In this document: positions 38,711 to 49,393 of the stretch, in pieces
Numbering within the stretch: the stretch's first letter is position 1
Layout of the letters: the number at the start of each line of letters is the position of its first letter
Assembly (NCBI GenBank): GCA_030324005.1
Contig: JARDVH010000084.1
Coordinates: 62,929,735-62,993,659 of the forward strand
Origin: Negaprion brevirostris
Taxonomy: Eukaryota
DNA: 63,925 nt
Direction: 5' to 3'
The notes under the pieces: model-generated
What the model was told of the DNA's origin: nothing
Seen by the model: the letters and a program-made list of their open reading frames with translations, nothing else
Database searches by the model: none
Made by a program: the position numbers and the translations under genes

Positions 38711-38899
38711 CGGCAAATGATTTTATTAATAGATATAGTTAACAGTGGTAAAAATAGACTTTAATTTCTATTTTCTTCTTAATATCACTCAACATTATCC
38801 TGACTCAGTTAATCTGCTGTTGGAGTGCTCAGACGTATCAGTGAACTTTATACTCGACTATGCCTATGTGTTCCAGGCTAGTCATTCACATTGTACCCC

Positions 38900-39380
38900 C
38901 TATAACATTGAGGTCATTCAAACCTCTGTTGATCTTGCCTTAACTCACATCACACCCTTTTCCCCTACCATCTCAGGGTTCACTGATCCACATTGGTTCT
39001 TGATCAAGCTATCTTTTGATTTTAACATTTTTATCCTTTTTCAAATCCTTCCTAGCTCTGTAATCTCCTCCAACCTCACAACCCTTTGGGATACCTATGG
39101 TCCTCTACAACTGGCCTCTTGTGCATTTCCAGTTGTAAGCATTTCTTTATTGGAGGTTGTGCCTTCAGTTGTCTAGACCCCAAGCTGTGGAATTCCCTTC
39201 TACACATCTCTGCCTTTCTACCACACTTACATCATGTAAGACACTTCTTAAAGACTCAGACATTTAACCTAATGTCCCTTTACATGATTTGATGTCATAC
39301 TTTGTTTATAATATTCTTACGGAGCTCCTTGGAATGTGTCATTTGTTAAACATGTGTAAATATAGCTTGCTGTTGTTTTG
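38900..39380 (+). mobile_element. L2 LINE 3' end
   Basis: HITP...HW...GGCAFS..PKLWNSL..FLKT remnant and a tgttgtt tail. Confidence 0.65.
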
Positions 39381-39403
39381 TAGAACACTGTGTATTGACT
39401 ACA

Positions 39404-40262
39404 TGTCACAATGATGGAGAAAAACCCTAAATTATGCATGGACATATTGAATTTTTAAATAAGATGTGTGTTTTTAAAAATGGACACACATGTCAAAGAT
39501 GGCTACGGATGTAAGTTCTGAGAATGTAAATTCAGGCACTGCCTGAATTACTCCAGTGTGGGCGATACCAAGGGAGAGATATATCCTGTAACATAAATCC
39601 TAGACCAGTTTGTGAATGTTTGCCTTCCAAGAATATACAAAACACTGAGCTAAAAAGCCACATACAAAGCTTAGATTCGTGCCGGGCATGTCAGAGAGTG
39701 TGATACAAAAACACAAAGGTAGCTGAGTCTCCTTGCTCTGGCAGGAGAAGATACAAGTCTCACTTTCTCTCTGATCGCTGAAGCAAGTCAAGTCAGCAAA
39801 GCCACAGAGATGAGGAAGCAGGACAACTTTCCAGCCAGATTGCAGAACCCTGCAATCTCAAAACCAACTATTCAACTGCAGTGGTCAGTGCTACTGGAAT
39901 CACAATCCTCGAACTGTTTCACAATCTCCCCGTCATGGACAAGTCAAAGATTGCTTTGTTTATTTTTCTTTTCCTTATTTTTGAACTCACTTCTCATTTC
40001 TAATCTATGTGCATATGTTTTATTATTTTCCTTGTGTTTAATAGCTAATACGCTCACTCTTTCTTTCACTCAGGAAAGCCTGGTTAAATTGGCTCCTATT
40101 AAAACACAAAATATTGGATCTTGGAAAATGGATCCACAAGGGAAGTGATCCATTTTGAAGTAACCTTGTTGAGATCAACCAACGGGGTTGAATAAAGAAA
40201 GGGAACAAGTTAATCCCTCCTCACCTTGGGGCATAACAATTTGGGGGTGGCCCATCCAGGAT
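39404..40262 (+). mobile_element. LTR-like element (TG...CA) followed by degenerate tRNA-Pro-like primer-binding site
   Basis: Starts tgtcaca and ends gcataaca (40238), followed by atttgggggtggcccatccaggat (compare TGGGGGCTCGTCCGGGAT). Confidence 0.5.
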
Positions 40263-40402
40263 AACAAATTGGGACTTGTGTTAAGGTAGTTTCCAGGAGG
40301 GCAACCAATTTGGGCCCCTTGCCCAGGGACCAGGCCATAGTCATAGAGCATTACATGTTACACTTTTTTATTGTTCATATGTCTCATGTGTGGGTTGATA
40401 TC

Positions 40403-40455
40403 ATAGGATTTATAATTATTATAGGATTTATAGTTATTATAGGATTTATAGTTAT
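40403..40455. repeat. 18-bp tandem repeat, 3 copies
   Basis: ataggatttata(a/g)ttatt. Confidence 0.9.
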
Positions 40456-40869
40456 TTGGAGAGTAATAAATTGATTAGAGACAGCCAGCATGGTTTTGTT
40501 GCAGGTAGGTCGTNNNNNNNNNNNNNNNNNNNNNNNNNNNNNNNNNNNNNNNNNNNNNNNNNNNNNNNNNNNNNNNNNNNNNNNNNNNNNNNNNNNNNNN
40601 NNNNNNNNNNNNNNNNNNNNNNNNNNNNNNNNNNNNNNNNNNNNNNNNNNNNNNNNNNNNNNNNNNNNNNNNNNNNNNNNNNNNNNNNNNNNNNNNNNNN
40701 NNNNNNNNNNNNNNNNNNNNNNNNNNNNNNNNNNNNNNNNNNNNNNNNNNNNNNNNNNNNNNNNNNNNNNNNNNNNNNNNNNNNNNNNNNNNNNNNNNNN
40801 NNNNNNNNNNNNNNNNNNNNNNNNNNNNNNNNNTGTAGTCTGGAGCTATGGATAGTGATGGTCGAGGTC

Positions 40870-41105
40870 ACGTACCAACTGACTCAAGAACAGCTTCTTC
40901 CCTGCTGCCGTCAGACTTTTGAATGGTCTTACCTTGCATTAAGTTGATCTTTCTCTACGCCCTAGCTACGACTGTAACACTACATTCTACACTCTCTCAT
41001 TTCCTTCTCTATGAATGGTATGTTTCATTTGTATAACGGACAAGAAACAATAATTTTCGCTGTATCTTAGTACATGTGACAATAATAAATCAACTCAAAT
41101 GAAAT
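40870..41105 (+). mobile_element. Rex1/Babar-like LINE 3' end
   Basis: LKNSFFPAAVRLLN followed by a gtgacaataataaatcaa tail. Confidence 0.65.
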
Positions 41106-41169
41106 TAAAAAAAAGCTCCAATTTTCCTCTGATCACATGGTTGACCAAGAATCTCTCCCACACTTGCCA

Positions 41170-41462
41170 TGGCATGGCGGTGGCACAGTGGTTAGCACTG
41201 TTGGCTCACAGTGCCAAGGACCCGACTTCAATTACCAGCTTGGGTCACTGTCTGTGTGGAGTTTGCACATTCTCCTCATGTCTGCATAGGTTTCCTCCGG
41301 GTGCTCCAATTTCCTCCCACTGTCTGAAAGACTGGCCATGCTAAATTCTCCGACAGTGTACCCGAACAGGCGCCGGATTGCGGCGATGAGGGGATTTTCA
41401 TAGCAATTTTATTGCAGTGTTAATGGAAGCCTACTTGTGACATTAATAAATAAACTTTAAAC
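41170..41462 (+). mobile_element. HE1/V-SINE-type SINE (tail type A)
   Basis: ggtggcacagtggttagcact head and gcctacttgtgacattaataaataaactttaa tail. Confidence 0.88.
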
Positions 41463-42041
41463 TGCTATTGGTGTATGTTGGAAGGGTTTGCAATTTAATA
41501 CTTAACCTGTTTAAGTGTGTTATGAATGCCCTTTCCTTGGCCTTCAAGTCCTGGGGTGAGACTCAAACCCAGCGCATCTGACTCAGAGGCCATTTACCTC
41601 TGCACCACTAGACGTCCAAAGGGTATTAAGCCATATTTTATACTTATTTAATATTTTACCATATAATGAATAGGGGAAAAGATAGGCAAGTAACATAAAT
41701 TATTAGCTTGTTATTTATAGCTATTATTGCACCTCATTGGCTGATTATTACTAATTCCCGTAAGTTAATTATTGCTTATAACTGAACTCATGGCCTTTGA
41801 TTATTTGGTGATCATTAGTTCTTTAGTGTGATCAGGATGACTGACCAATGAGACATCACACTGACCAACTGAGTCTGCCAACTGGGAAAAGAAAGGTCTA
41901 AAATGATATAAAATCACCGGACATGGTTTAACCTCACAGAAACATTCACTCTTTAATTGTCTGCTAAGAAAAATTAACCACGCAAGTGAGATTGGAAAAA
42001 AGAATGAATTGTCTTGTCAGTTTAATTGTAACACCAAGTAT

Positions 42042-42047
42042 TTTATT
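42042..42047 (-). terminator. Candidate poly(A) signal of the RGS1-like gene
   Basis: AATAAA on the minus strand about 1.4 kb after the stop, at the end of repeat-free 3'UTR-like sequence. Another occurs at 43341. Confidence 0.45.
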
Positions 42048-42828
42048 GCCTGTTCATGAGCATCAGCAACTAGAATGAATAAAATGCCAGGATGTACCAA
42101 AAAGTGTGCAAACAATCTATACAAAATGCCCTTTGGTAACATTGCTGGAACAGTGGTAGCTGTCTGACCTAATGGGGTGGTTGATGAGAAGGTAACAGTT
42201 ATCAGGGATATTTGGATTTTAAACCATAATCTACAATTCCCTCATCATCATGTTGCTGTGTTGTTGGCCATAGCTGGAGAGAAGTCCTTCAATAACACCA
42301 AAGACAGGTAAGGTGCGTGCAACTTTTTTCACCAAATGTTTGGTCACCTTCCTTCTTTGGCTCAGTTATAATTTTAGTCTGATTACACACCGTTGAGATG
42401 TCTTACTGTGTTAAAGAAGCTATCAAAGATATTTTTAAAGAGTCTCACATACGGAAGCTCTGCGTAGATGATTTTACATTTTGCACTTTTGTTGTTGCCA
42501 AAATCTAACTTTGTTAAAGAAATTGTAGCAACTTTCATTCTCTGCAATCAGCTTGGCACAAATGAATGAAAATGGTCTCCTGCAGAGGACTATGGTAACA
42601 ATTCAGGTATTCTTGCAGTCACCATCATTGTAATGACCCCCGGCCTTTCCAACACTCTCCTTTTCTGGTAATAAGCTCCAAGCCACACAAAACACCAAAC
42701 TATAATAATAAACTGAGGTCATGCACTGCCTTTAACTACAGCTACATAATTAGCACAGACTTTCTTATACCATCACAGTAATGCTATGCTCAGAACATTC
42801 CATTTAATATTAGAAAAAAAAATAGCTA

Positions 42829-42843
42829 TAATAAATAAATAAT
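42829..42843 (-). promoter_or_regulatory. AU-rich element in the RGS1-like 3'UTR
   Basis: Minus strand reads ATTATTTATTTATTA, with overlapping AUUUA pentamers and a UUAUUUAUU nonamer. Confidence 0.55.
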
Positions 42844-43047
42844 CTGTTCACCCAAGTTCCTTTTTTCTGCATCGGAATATGATGTAACATTAGACATGGA
42901 GCGTTCTGCAAAGCAGGCAGGATATTCAGTATTGGGAGGCTTATACTAACATCTGATAAAATGGTCTGCATAGCTTATGTTGCAACCATTAAATGAAATG
43001 TTTTCTCAGTTTATCGTTAAGATCCAGTCAGCATTAATGATAGAGCT

Positions 43048-43115
43048 CAGTTCGTTCTCAACTGTACAAAGATAATCTGCCCAGTTCATTCTCAACTGTA
43101 CAAAGATATTCTGCC
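43048..43115. repeat. 34-bp tandem duplication in the RGS1-like 3'UTR
   Basis: cagttcgttctcaactgtacaaagataatctgcc followed by cagttcattctcaactgtacaaagatattctgcc. Confidence 0.9.
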
Positions 43116-43470
43116 CCCTCTACTGCATCAAATTTGTCACAAGTTCTCCATATAATTCTTCCTCTGAAGGAAAAATAGTGGTCTTGATAATCGTGAGAAG
43201 GCTTGCAATTATACATATATGTCACATCATTGGGAATCGTTTTGGTCCTTGAAGATGGGCAGTCCTCCTTACCCTTCTTCTGTGTTACTTTAACTGTGAC
43301 ATATACTGAATCAGTGTCCATTTGATATCGAGTTTCTGGCTTTATTTTCTGTTTCTTGGCAGATCCATCGCTCTAGCTCTAAGAAGTATTGTGGTGCACT
43401 CAGGAATTGAGTGAGGCAGAATTAGAGTTCCATAACATAATTGCCTTGTTGTCAGAATAGAACTCTTCAT

Positions 43471-43659
43471 TTAACTGTTCCTGTTAGCGCCCTGTGCCTT
43501 GTTTATCAGGTTTAAGTAGGCATCTGACTTTAGGAACCTGGGGTAAGAGTCCTTCTCCATCAGGCTGAAGATAATTCTTTGAGCTGCCTCGAAACAAGCA
43601 GGGGTTGGCAGTAGAATACTTTTGCTGACTAGATCTCTTGTATTACCATCAATGTTGAC
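43471..43659 (-). CDS. RGS1: RGS1-like gene, terminal exon 5
   Basis: Acceptor tttgcag| then VNIDGNTRDLVSKSILLPTPACFEAAQRIIFSLMEKDSYPRFLKSDAYLNLINKAQGANRNS*. SDAxKQ and SDxYLNL are RGS1-like; TRDLxSKxI is also RGS21-like, so the symbol is probable rather than certain. Confidence 0.95.
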   Translation of the reverse strand, partial: VNIDGNTRDLVSKSILLPTPACFEAAQRIIFSLMEKDSYPRFLKSDAYLNLINKAQGANRNS

Positions 43660-44057
43660 CTGCAAATCAAAAGAAGAAAGGGACATTGGTTAAATGCATT
43701 GCTCTCTATTTTCCCTCTTTGCCGCATTGTGTTTTCCATAGTTCACTTTGAAATCCTGAGCAAAGCTCTCAAGGCAATTACGAGACATCATGAGAATAAG
43801 CCAAAGTCCCCAAAGTGCATCTCTCCATATCATCAAAACTGTCTTTTACTCTGAGCCGTGAGGGTTCAGTTGAGGTCTGACAGTAAGTCATTTCAGTTCT
43901 GCCAAAACAGCTAGAACAGATGGCTTGTTGTTCTGATGTGAGGACATTTTTCTGTTGAGGGTTTAAAGTTTATGCTTTTACAGTACTGCAGCACTGCCCA
44001 CTGTTCCTGCTGCCACAAACACAAGCCAAGCTAAGTCCATCCTGTACGTTCTGCTAC

Positions 44058-44177
44058 AGTAAGAAGTCTCACAACACCAGGTTTAAGTCCAACCAATTTA
44101 TTTGGTAGTAAACTCACAGGCTTTCGGAGTTTGCCCCTTCATCAGGTGAATGGAGAGTTCTGGAATGCAGAACTCTC
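44058..44177 (-). mobile_element. Penelope-like terminal remnant with hammerhead-like core in RGS1 intron 4
   Basis: Minus strand cacCTGATGAaggggcaaactccGAAAgcctgtg...gtgagacttcttact; same family as 31783, 35665 and 62215. Confidence 0.65.
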
Positions 44178-44685
44178 NNNNNNNNNNNNNNNNNNNNNNN
44201 NNNNNNNNNNNNNNNNNNNNNNNNNNNNNNNNNNNNNNNNNNNNNNNNNNNNNNNNNNNNNNNNNNNNNNNNNNNNNNNNNNNNNNNNNNNNNNNNNNNN
44301 NNNNNNNNNNNNNNNNNNNNNNNNNNNNNNNNNNNNNNNNNNNNNNNNNNNNNNNNNNNNNNNNNNNNNNNNNNNNNNNNNNNNNNNNNNNNNNNNNNNN
44401 NNNNNNNNNNNNNNNNNNNNNNNNNNNNNNNNNNNNNNNNNNNNNNNNNNNNNNNNNNNNNNNNNNNNNNNNNNNNNNNNNNNNNNNNNNNNNNNNNNNN
44501 NNNNNNNNTGTACTCATGCCAATTCTTTGGCTGGATTTAATGGTATTCAAGTAGAGTAAGGAAGGTGGAATAGAAAGTGAGTGGACCACTCGCTCCCACC
44601 ATCAGATGAATAGTAAAATAAATTGCATTGTTTCTTCTATCTTTACTGAGACCATTATGTCTATTAATAGGAAAAAGAAACTCAC

Positions 44686-44852
44686 TTGTTTTGGGGCATC
44701 ACTCTTGATGAATTCTGTATAAATATGCTGAGCCTTGGCATCCAGTTTTGCAGAAGACTTGGTTTTCTTGTAGTCCTCGCAGACCAGCCAGAAATCAATG
44801 TTCTCCTCACTAAACTCTGACTTGAGGAAAGCTCTGAATGCAGCAAGGCCAC
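44686..44852 (-). CDS. RGS1: RGS1-like gene, exon 4
   Basis: 167-nt exon with AG/GTGAGT boundaries. Encodes [55 protein letters not shown]. Confidence 0.97.
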
Positions 44853-44965
44853 CTAAAGGGAGAGAAAATAACAATTCAAATAATTATTTACTGAGCTATT
44901 TTAACAAATCCAAATGAAATCATTGGAGGCATTCGTCTAACCTTTGAGTAAGAAATGCCACTTAC

Positions 44966-45027
44966 ATGGGTCAGCCAGGAGAACATCCAAAGACTTGGAC
45001 CATTCCATTGCTTCCTCAAGAGTGAGG
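44966..45027 (-). CDS. RGS1: RGS1-like gene, exon 3
   Basis: 62-nt exon with AG/GTAAGT boundaries. Encodes LTLEEAMEWSKSLDVLLADP(C), the start of the RGS box. Confidence 0.95.
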
Positions 45028-45365
45028 CTGGAGAAAAAAAAGGAATAACTTAGAATACTTCATTCCTAACTTCAGAGTAACTTTTCATGTGTTTAAACAT
45101 TTCTTTTTATTCTTATATTGGCAAGATACTACCTAGCTTAGACAAAATTACTTTAAGAACACTGGAGTGTTCAACTTATCCATTGAAATGAACTTGATTC
45201 TGAAGTGATTATTTCTGTGACAGTATACATTTTTGTTCCTCCATTAACAAATTATGCTTTCTATATTCTCTTACATTGCAGCTCAATTTCATGTTGTTTA
45301 ACTTTAAGGCAAATGTCTGTCACAAAAAATTCAGTGCTCAAAGGGATGAATGAGAAGGCACTTAC

Positions 45366-45476
45366 CTAATGGATAAGTTCAGTTTTGCTGACATGTTGGG
45401 TACAAGACTTATAGATGGATGTTGAGAATTAGAGTTCAACAGTATGGAGAAGAGACGAGTCTTCAGGTCCTTGGCT
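45366..45476 (-). CDS. RGS1: RGS1-like gene, exon 2
   Basis: Acceptor tttttttcaatgttgctcag| and donor AG|GTAAGT; 111 nt, phase 2-2. Encodes AKDLKTRLFSILLNSNSQHPSISLVPNMSAKLNLSI, an R4-type amphipathic helix. Confidence 0.9.
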
Positions 45477-45788
45477 CTGAGCAACATTGAAAAAAAAACA
45501 AGGGTCAGTATTGTTAAAAGGCAATTAAAAACCACGTGGATAAAGAAATCATTGGGTTAAAGAAGTGTTCAATGGAATTTGCTTCTTTTAGAGTTACCCT
45601 ACTCAAATATAAAGTTCATATCCTTCTTGTTGTCAAAAATACAATTACAGTTAAAAAGCTGTAAGTTAGCAGATAGCACAAACAATTAGAAGAAAAATGC
45701 ATAAAGAAAATATAGGCTTAGGTGAAACAAAATGAAGGGACCTCTGCAGATGTGTTGTTCTAACAGTCCGAGATATTGACAGACCTAC

Positions 45789-45832
45789 GCAGGCAGACTG
45801 TGCTTTATAGATAAAGCCTCTGTGTCAGTCAT
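45789..45832 (-). CDS. RGS1-like gene, candidate alternative proximal coding exon 1 (44 nt)
   Basis: aaaATG MTDTEALSIKHSLP(A) followed by GC|GTAGGT, a phase-2 donor in frame with exon 2. Confidence 0.4.
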
Positions 45833-46301
45833 TTTAAGCTCTGCTGACGTCTAGTCTTTGTCTTCAAGTCATTTGCATTAATTTTCCATTTTAGATCTTG
45901 GGAGAGTAATATTTACATATTCTGACTTAACATAATGGACAGCAAAGCATTCATAGCAAATTATAGCTCTAATTTGCATTATAATCTACATCTACCTTTC
46001 TGCATTTTGTCACTTCTTCAACGAACAAAGAAGTTCCCAAATGTATATAAGAAATATTTGTTCAGAAACATCTCACCTGTTTTTAAATTAATGGATACAA
46101 CCATTACTCAGTTTTGCTTACAAATGTTTTTTAAGAATGAAGAGCAAATTATTAATTTTATTTGAAAACGTGGGTAGTTACAGTTGAAGTACAGTCTGGG
46201 AGAGGAAGCCAGTCAGGTTGCATAATACAAGCAGTGGAAGCCACATAGAAATGAAGTAACTTAGAGCCTTCTGTAAGTAATAGTAAATCAATAATGCTTA
46301 C

Positions 46302-46407
46302 AGGTTCTTTGCTTTCCTTTTCTCTGTCACTTCAGTTCCAGTAGTACCAAAGTTGTTGTTGGCTTCTTTCAAGTTGGTTGTTGTGTCCTGGGGGAATGCG
46401 AGTTCAG
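46302..46407 (-). CDS. RGS1: RGS1-like gene, distal coding exon 1 (5' end and ATG hidden in N gap 46408-46603)
   Basis: Open frame xELAFPQDTTTNLKEANNNFGTTGTEVTEKRKAKNL ends at a phase-2 donor CT|GTAAGC that joins exon 2 in frame. It resembles the RGS1 N-terminus (MPGMFF..LK..KRRPKTF). Confidence 0.75.
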
Positions 46408-46603
46408 NNNNNNNNNNNNNNNNNNNNNNNNNNNNNNNNNNNNNNNNNNNNNNNNNNNNNNNNNNNNNNNNNNNNNNNNNNNNNNNNNNNNNNNNNNNNN
46501 NNNNNNNNNNNNNNNNNNNNNNNNNNNNNNNNNNNNNNNNNNNNNNNNNNNNNNNNNNNNNNNNNNNNNNNNNNNNNNNNNNNNNNNNNNNNNNNNNNNN
46601 NNN

Positions 46604-46760
46604 AAAAAAGGAAGTTCTCTTTTTTTTTTGGGCCGTTGTTGACGTGATTGCTCAACCAAACAGCAGTCTCATGCGCATGCAGAACTACACTCTGGTTTCA
46701 AATTCAAATAAGTGCAAAGTCTCAAGATCATGCAAATATTGTCCATTTACGTAATTCGTG
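46604..46760 (-). promoter_or_regulatory. Probable promoter of the RGS1-like gene
   Basis: Lies just upstream of the gap that hides exon 1. Contains GGAAG, TGACGT (46640), C/EBP-like ATTGCTCAA (46647), TGCGCATGC (46672), octamer ATGCAAAT (46730) and TTACGTAA (46747). Confidence 0.55.
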
Positions 46761-47849
46761 TCAGAAATGTGTCTAGCGAACCCTGTTTTCACCGGGATGT
46801 TTTTGTTACAGTTTCAGAGTACGCACTGGGTGTACATCAATTGTGTTTTTAATGCAGTTACAATTTATAAACAGGACCTATGCTGTTGGTTATTGAGGTT
46901 GACTTCTTTTGCACATTTGATGAGAATCCGAAAGGTGGAATTCGCTACCACAGAAAGTAGTTGAGGCCAAAACGTTGTGTGGTTTCAAGAATAAATTAGA
47001 TATAGCCCTTTGGGGTTAAAGGGATCAGTGGATACTGTGGGGTGGTGGGATCAGGATATTGAATTTGATGATCAAAGTGAATGGTAGAGCAGGCTGGAAG
47101 GGTTGAATGGCCAACTCCTGTTTCTAGTTTATATGTTTCTATGACTCCAAAGCCAGTATTTGAAGCAAAACTGTTGTGTGTTTGTTGCCTGTCAGGCGGT
47201 ACGACAAAAGCTTGCCTTTATATCGCACCTTTAACATTGTTAAAATTTTCAAGGCGATACATCTGGGGGTCAACGACCTCTTCCAGAGGAGGACTGATCA
47301 TCCAGACGTAACACATTTGCTGAGTTTCCCCACCTCACCTATCACAACATCTATCTGACAACTCACCAACAGGGCAGAATGAATCTAGTTTGTGTGCACC
47401 TACATCTTGGTTACAGCTGCCTATGAAGATTGACCATTTCCTGAACCAGGCTTCCCATGTAAGAATGACATGTCAGGAAAAAACAAATCAATTGGAAGCC
47501 TTTCCGCCCATGATTGACAGGGCAAATACTAAGAAAAGATATTCTACTGTAACAGAGCAAAAGTAACTTGAAATAATTCACAAAACTCCAATTCGCTACA
47601 GAATCAAGCTAAAACATTCACATTGATTAAAAACCTTATTTAAACTGTATGGTACAGTTTATTTAACCTTAATGTCTGGTAGATAAATATTATATAAATG
47701 TACTGAAACAATTACTAAAGCGGTTATCTCAAGTTACTTTGTCCTAATCTCTAATAAGTCACATATTGTAGTCCATAACAATGTCCACAAGAATTCGTCC
47801 AAAATTGACTATGATTCTCCGATCCCAGAGATCTCACGCCAGATTTTTA

Positions 47850-48290
47850 ATAGAGTCACAGAGCGGGATTTTACGGCTTCTCTCATTCTGAAATCCACCC
47901 GAGGTCAATGGACCTTTCCATGGTCTGCCCCTCACCTGCTCTGAATCCTGTGGAAGGGTGTGGGGGCTGGGGGACAGTAAAATTTTGGCCATTGTGTCTT
48001 TCAGCACACAACGAGGCCCTTCGGCCCACCATGTCTGTTTTGGTCAACAAGCACCGATCTGTTCCAGTCCTATTCTCCAGCATTGGTCCGTAGACACGTA
48101 TGCTATGGTGTTTCAAGTACTCACCTAAATGCTTCTTAAATGCTGTGAGGGTTCCTACCACTGCCATCCTTTCAGGCAGTGAGTTCCAGATTCCCACCAC
48201 CCTCTGGGTGAAAATATCTTTCCTCAAATCCCCATTAAACCTCCTATCCCTTACCTTAAATCTATGCTCCCTGATTATTGATCACTCTAC
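47850..48290 (-). mobile_element. CR1 LINE 3' end with a MITE inside its tail
   Basis: RKDIFTQRVVGIWNSLPE..LTAFKKHL. Confidence 0.85.
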
Positions 48291-48565
48291 TAAGAGCAAA
48301 TGTGGTTGATTTAGACATTAATTCATTTAGTTCTGTAAACCTCAATAAACCTGTAACCAGAAGCTTATCAACTTCAGTTTTGAAGTTTCTAATTGTCCTA
48401 ACTTCATTCGCTTTTCAGCAGAGGAAGGTCCAGATTCCTCCTAGCCCTTTGTGCAAAAACACTGCTTCCTGATATCACTCTGAATGATTTAGCTCCAAAT
48501 TTAATCATAGGTTTATGTTCATAAACATTTGCTGGATCCTGTGTAGAGATTATCGTATAAGATCA

Positions 48566-48880
48566 GGGCGGCGTGGTGGCACAGTGGTTAGCACTGCTGC
48601 TTCACAGCTCCAGGGACCTGGGTTTGATTCCCGAATTGGGTCACTGCTGTGGGGAGTTTGCACAGTCTCCCTGTGTCTGTGTGGGTTTCCTCCAGGCGCT
48701 CTGGTTTCCTGCAACAGTCCAAAAATGTGAGGGTTAGGTTGATTGATCATGGTAAATTGCCCTTTAGTGTCCTGGAATGAGTAGGTTAGAGGGATTAAAG
48801 AGGTAAATATGTGGGGTTATGGAGATAGGGCCTAGGTGGGATTGTTGTCATGTGCAGACTTGATGGGCCAAATGCCTTTT
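48566..48880 (+). mobile_element. HE1/V-SINE-type SINE
   Basis: gggcggcgtggtggcacagtggttagcactgctgc head with a B-box-like gggtttgattccc. Confidence 0.88.
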
Positions 48881-49074
48881 GATTGATAGAAATATTTGAT
48901 GGTACAATATTTACCAGTTTCCATGAAATGGGACGATCTGCTCCCTCCCAATTCTTGTGCACAGGCATGGTGGCTTCCTTCTGAGCTCCAGCTGTACACT
49001 GAGTGGGAGGTTTGCTAACACACTGTAGTTACACTAGTTACTTAATCCACGTCAACCATAACAAAATGAAGTCT

Positions 49075-49393
49075 GGGGCAGCACAGTAGCACAGGGTTAG
49101 CATTGTTGCCTCACAGCATCAATGGTTAGATTCTGGCCTAGGATGACAATCTGTGTGGAGTTTGCATGTTCTCCCCATGTCTGCATAGGTTTCCTCCGAC
49201 TGTTCCGGTTTACTCCCACAGTCCAAAGATGTGCAGGATAAGTTGAATGGCCATGCTAATTTGATTCTTCATGTCTGGGGGATTAGCAGGGTAAACAAGT
49301 GGGGTTACAGCGATAGAACCTGGGTGGATTGTTGTCGGCACAGGCTTGATAGGCTGAATGGACTCTCAGTATTGCAGGGATTCTATGATTCTA
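49075..49393 (+). mobile_element. HE1/V-SINE-type SINE
   Basis: Same family; gattctatgattcta tail. Confidence 0.85.

Noticed and set aside
43058-43321. 87-aa ORF downstream of the RGS1-like stop
   Set aside because: It lies in the 3'UTR, includes the 34-bp tandem duplication, and has no recognisable homology.
48566-48640. tRNA gene
   Set aside because: The tRNA-like A/B boxes continue directly into a SINE body present many times in the window.
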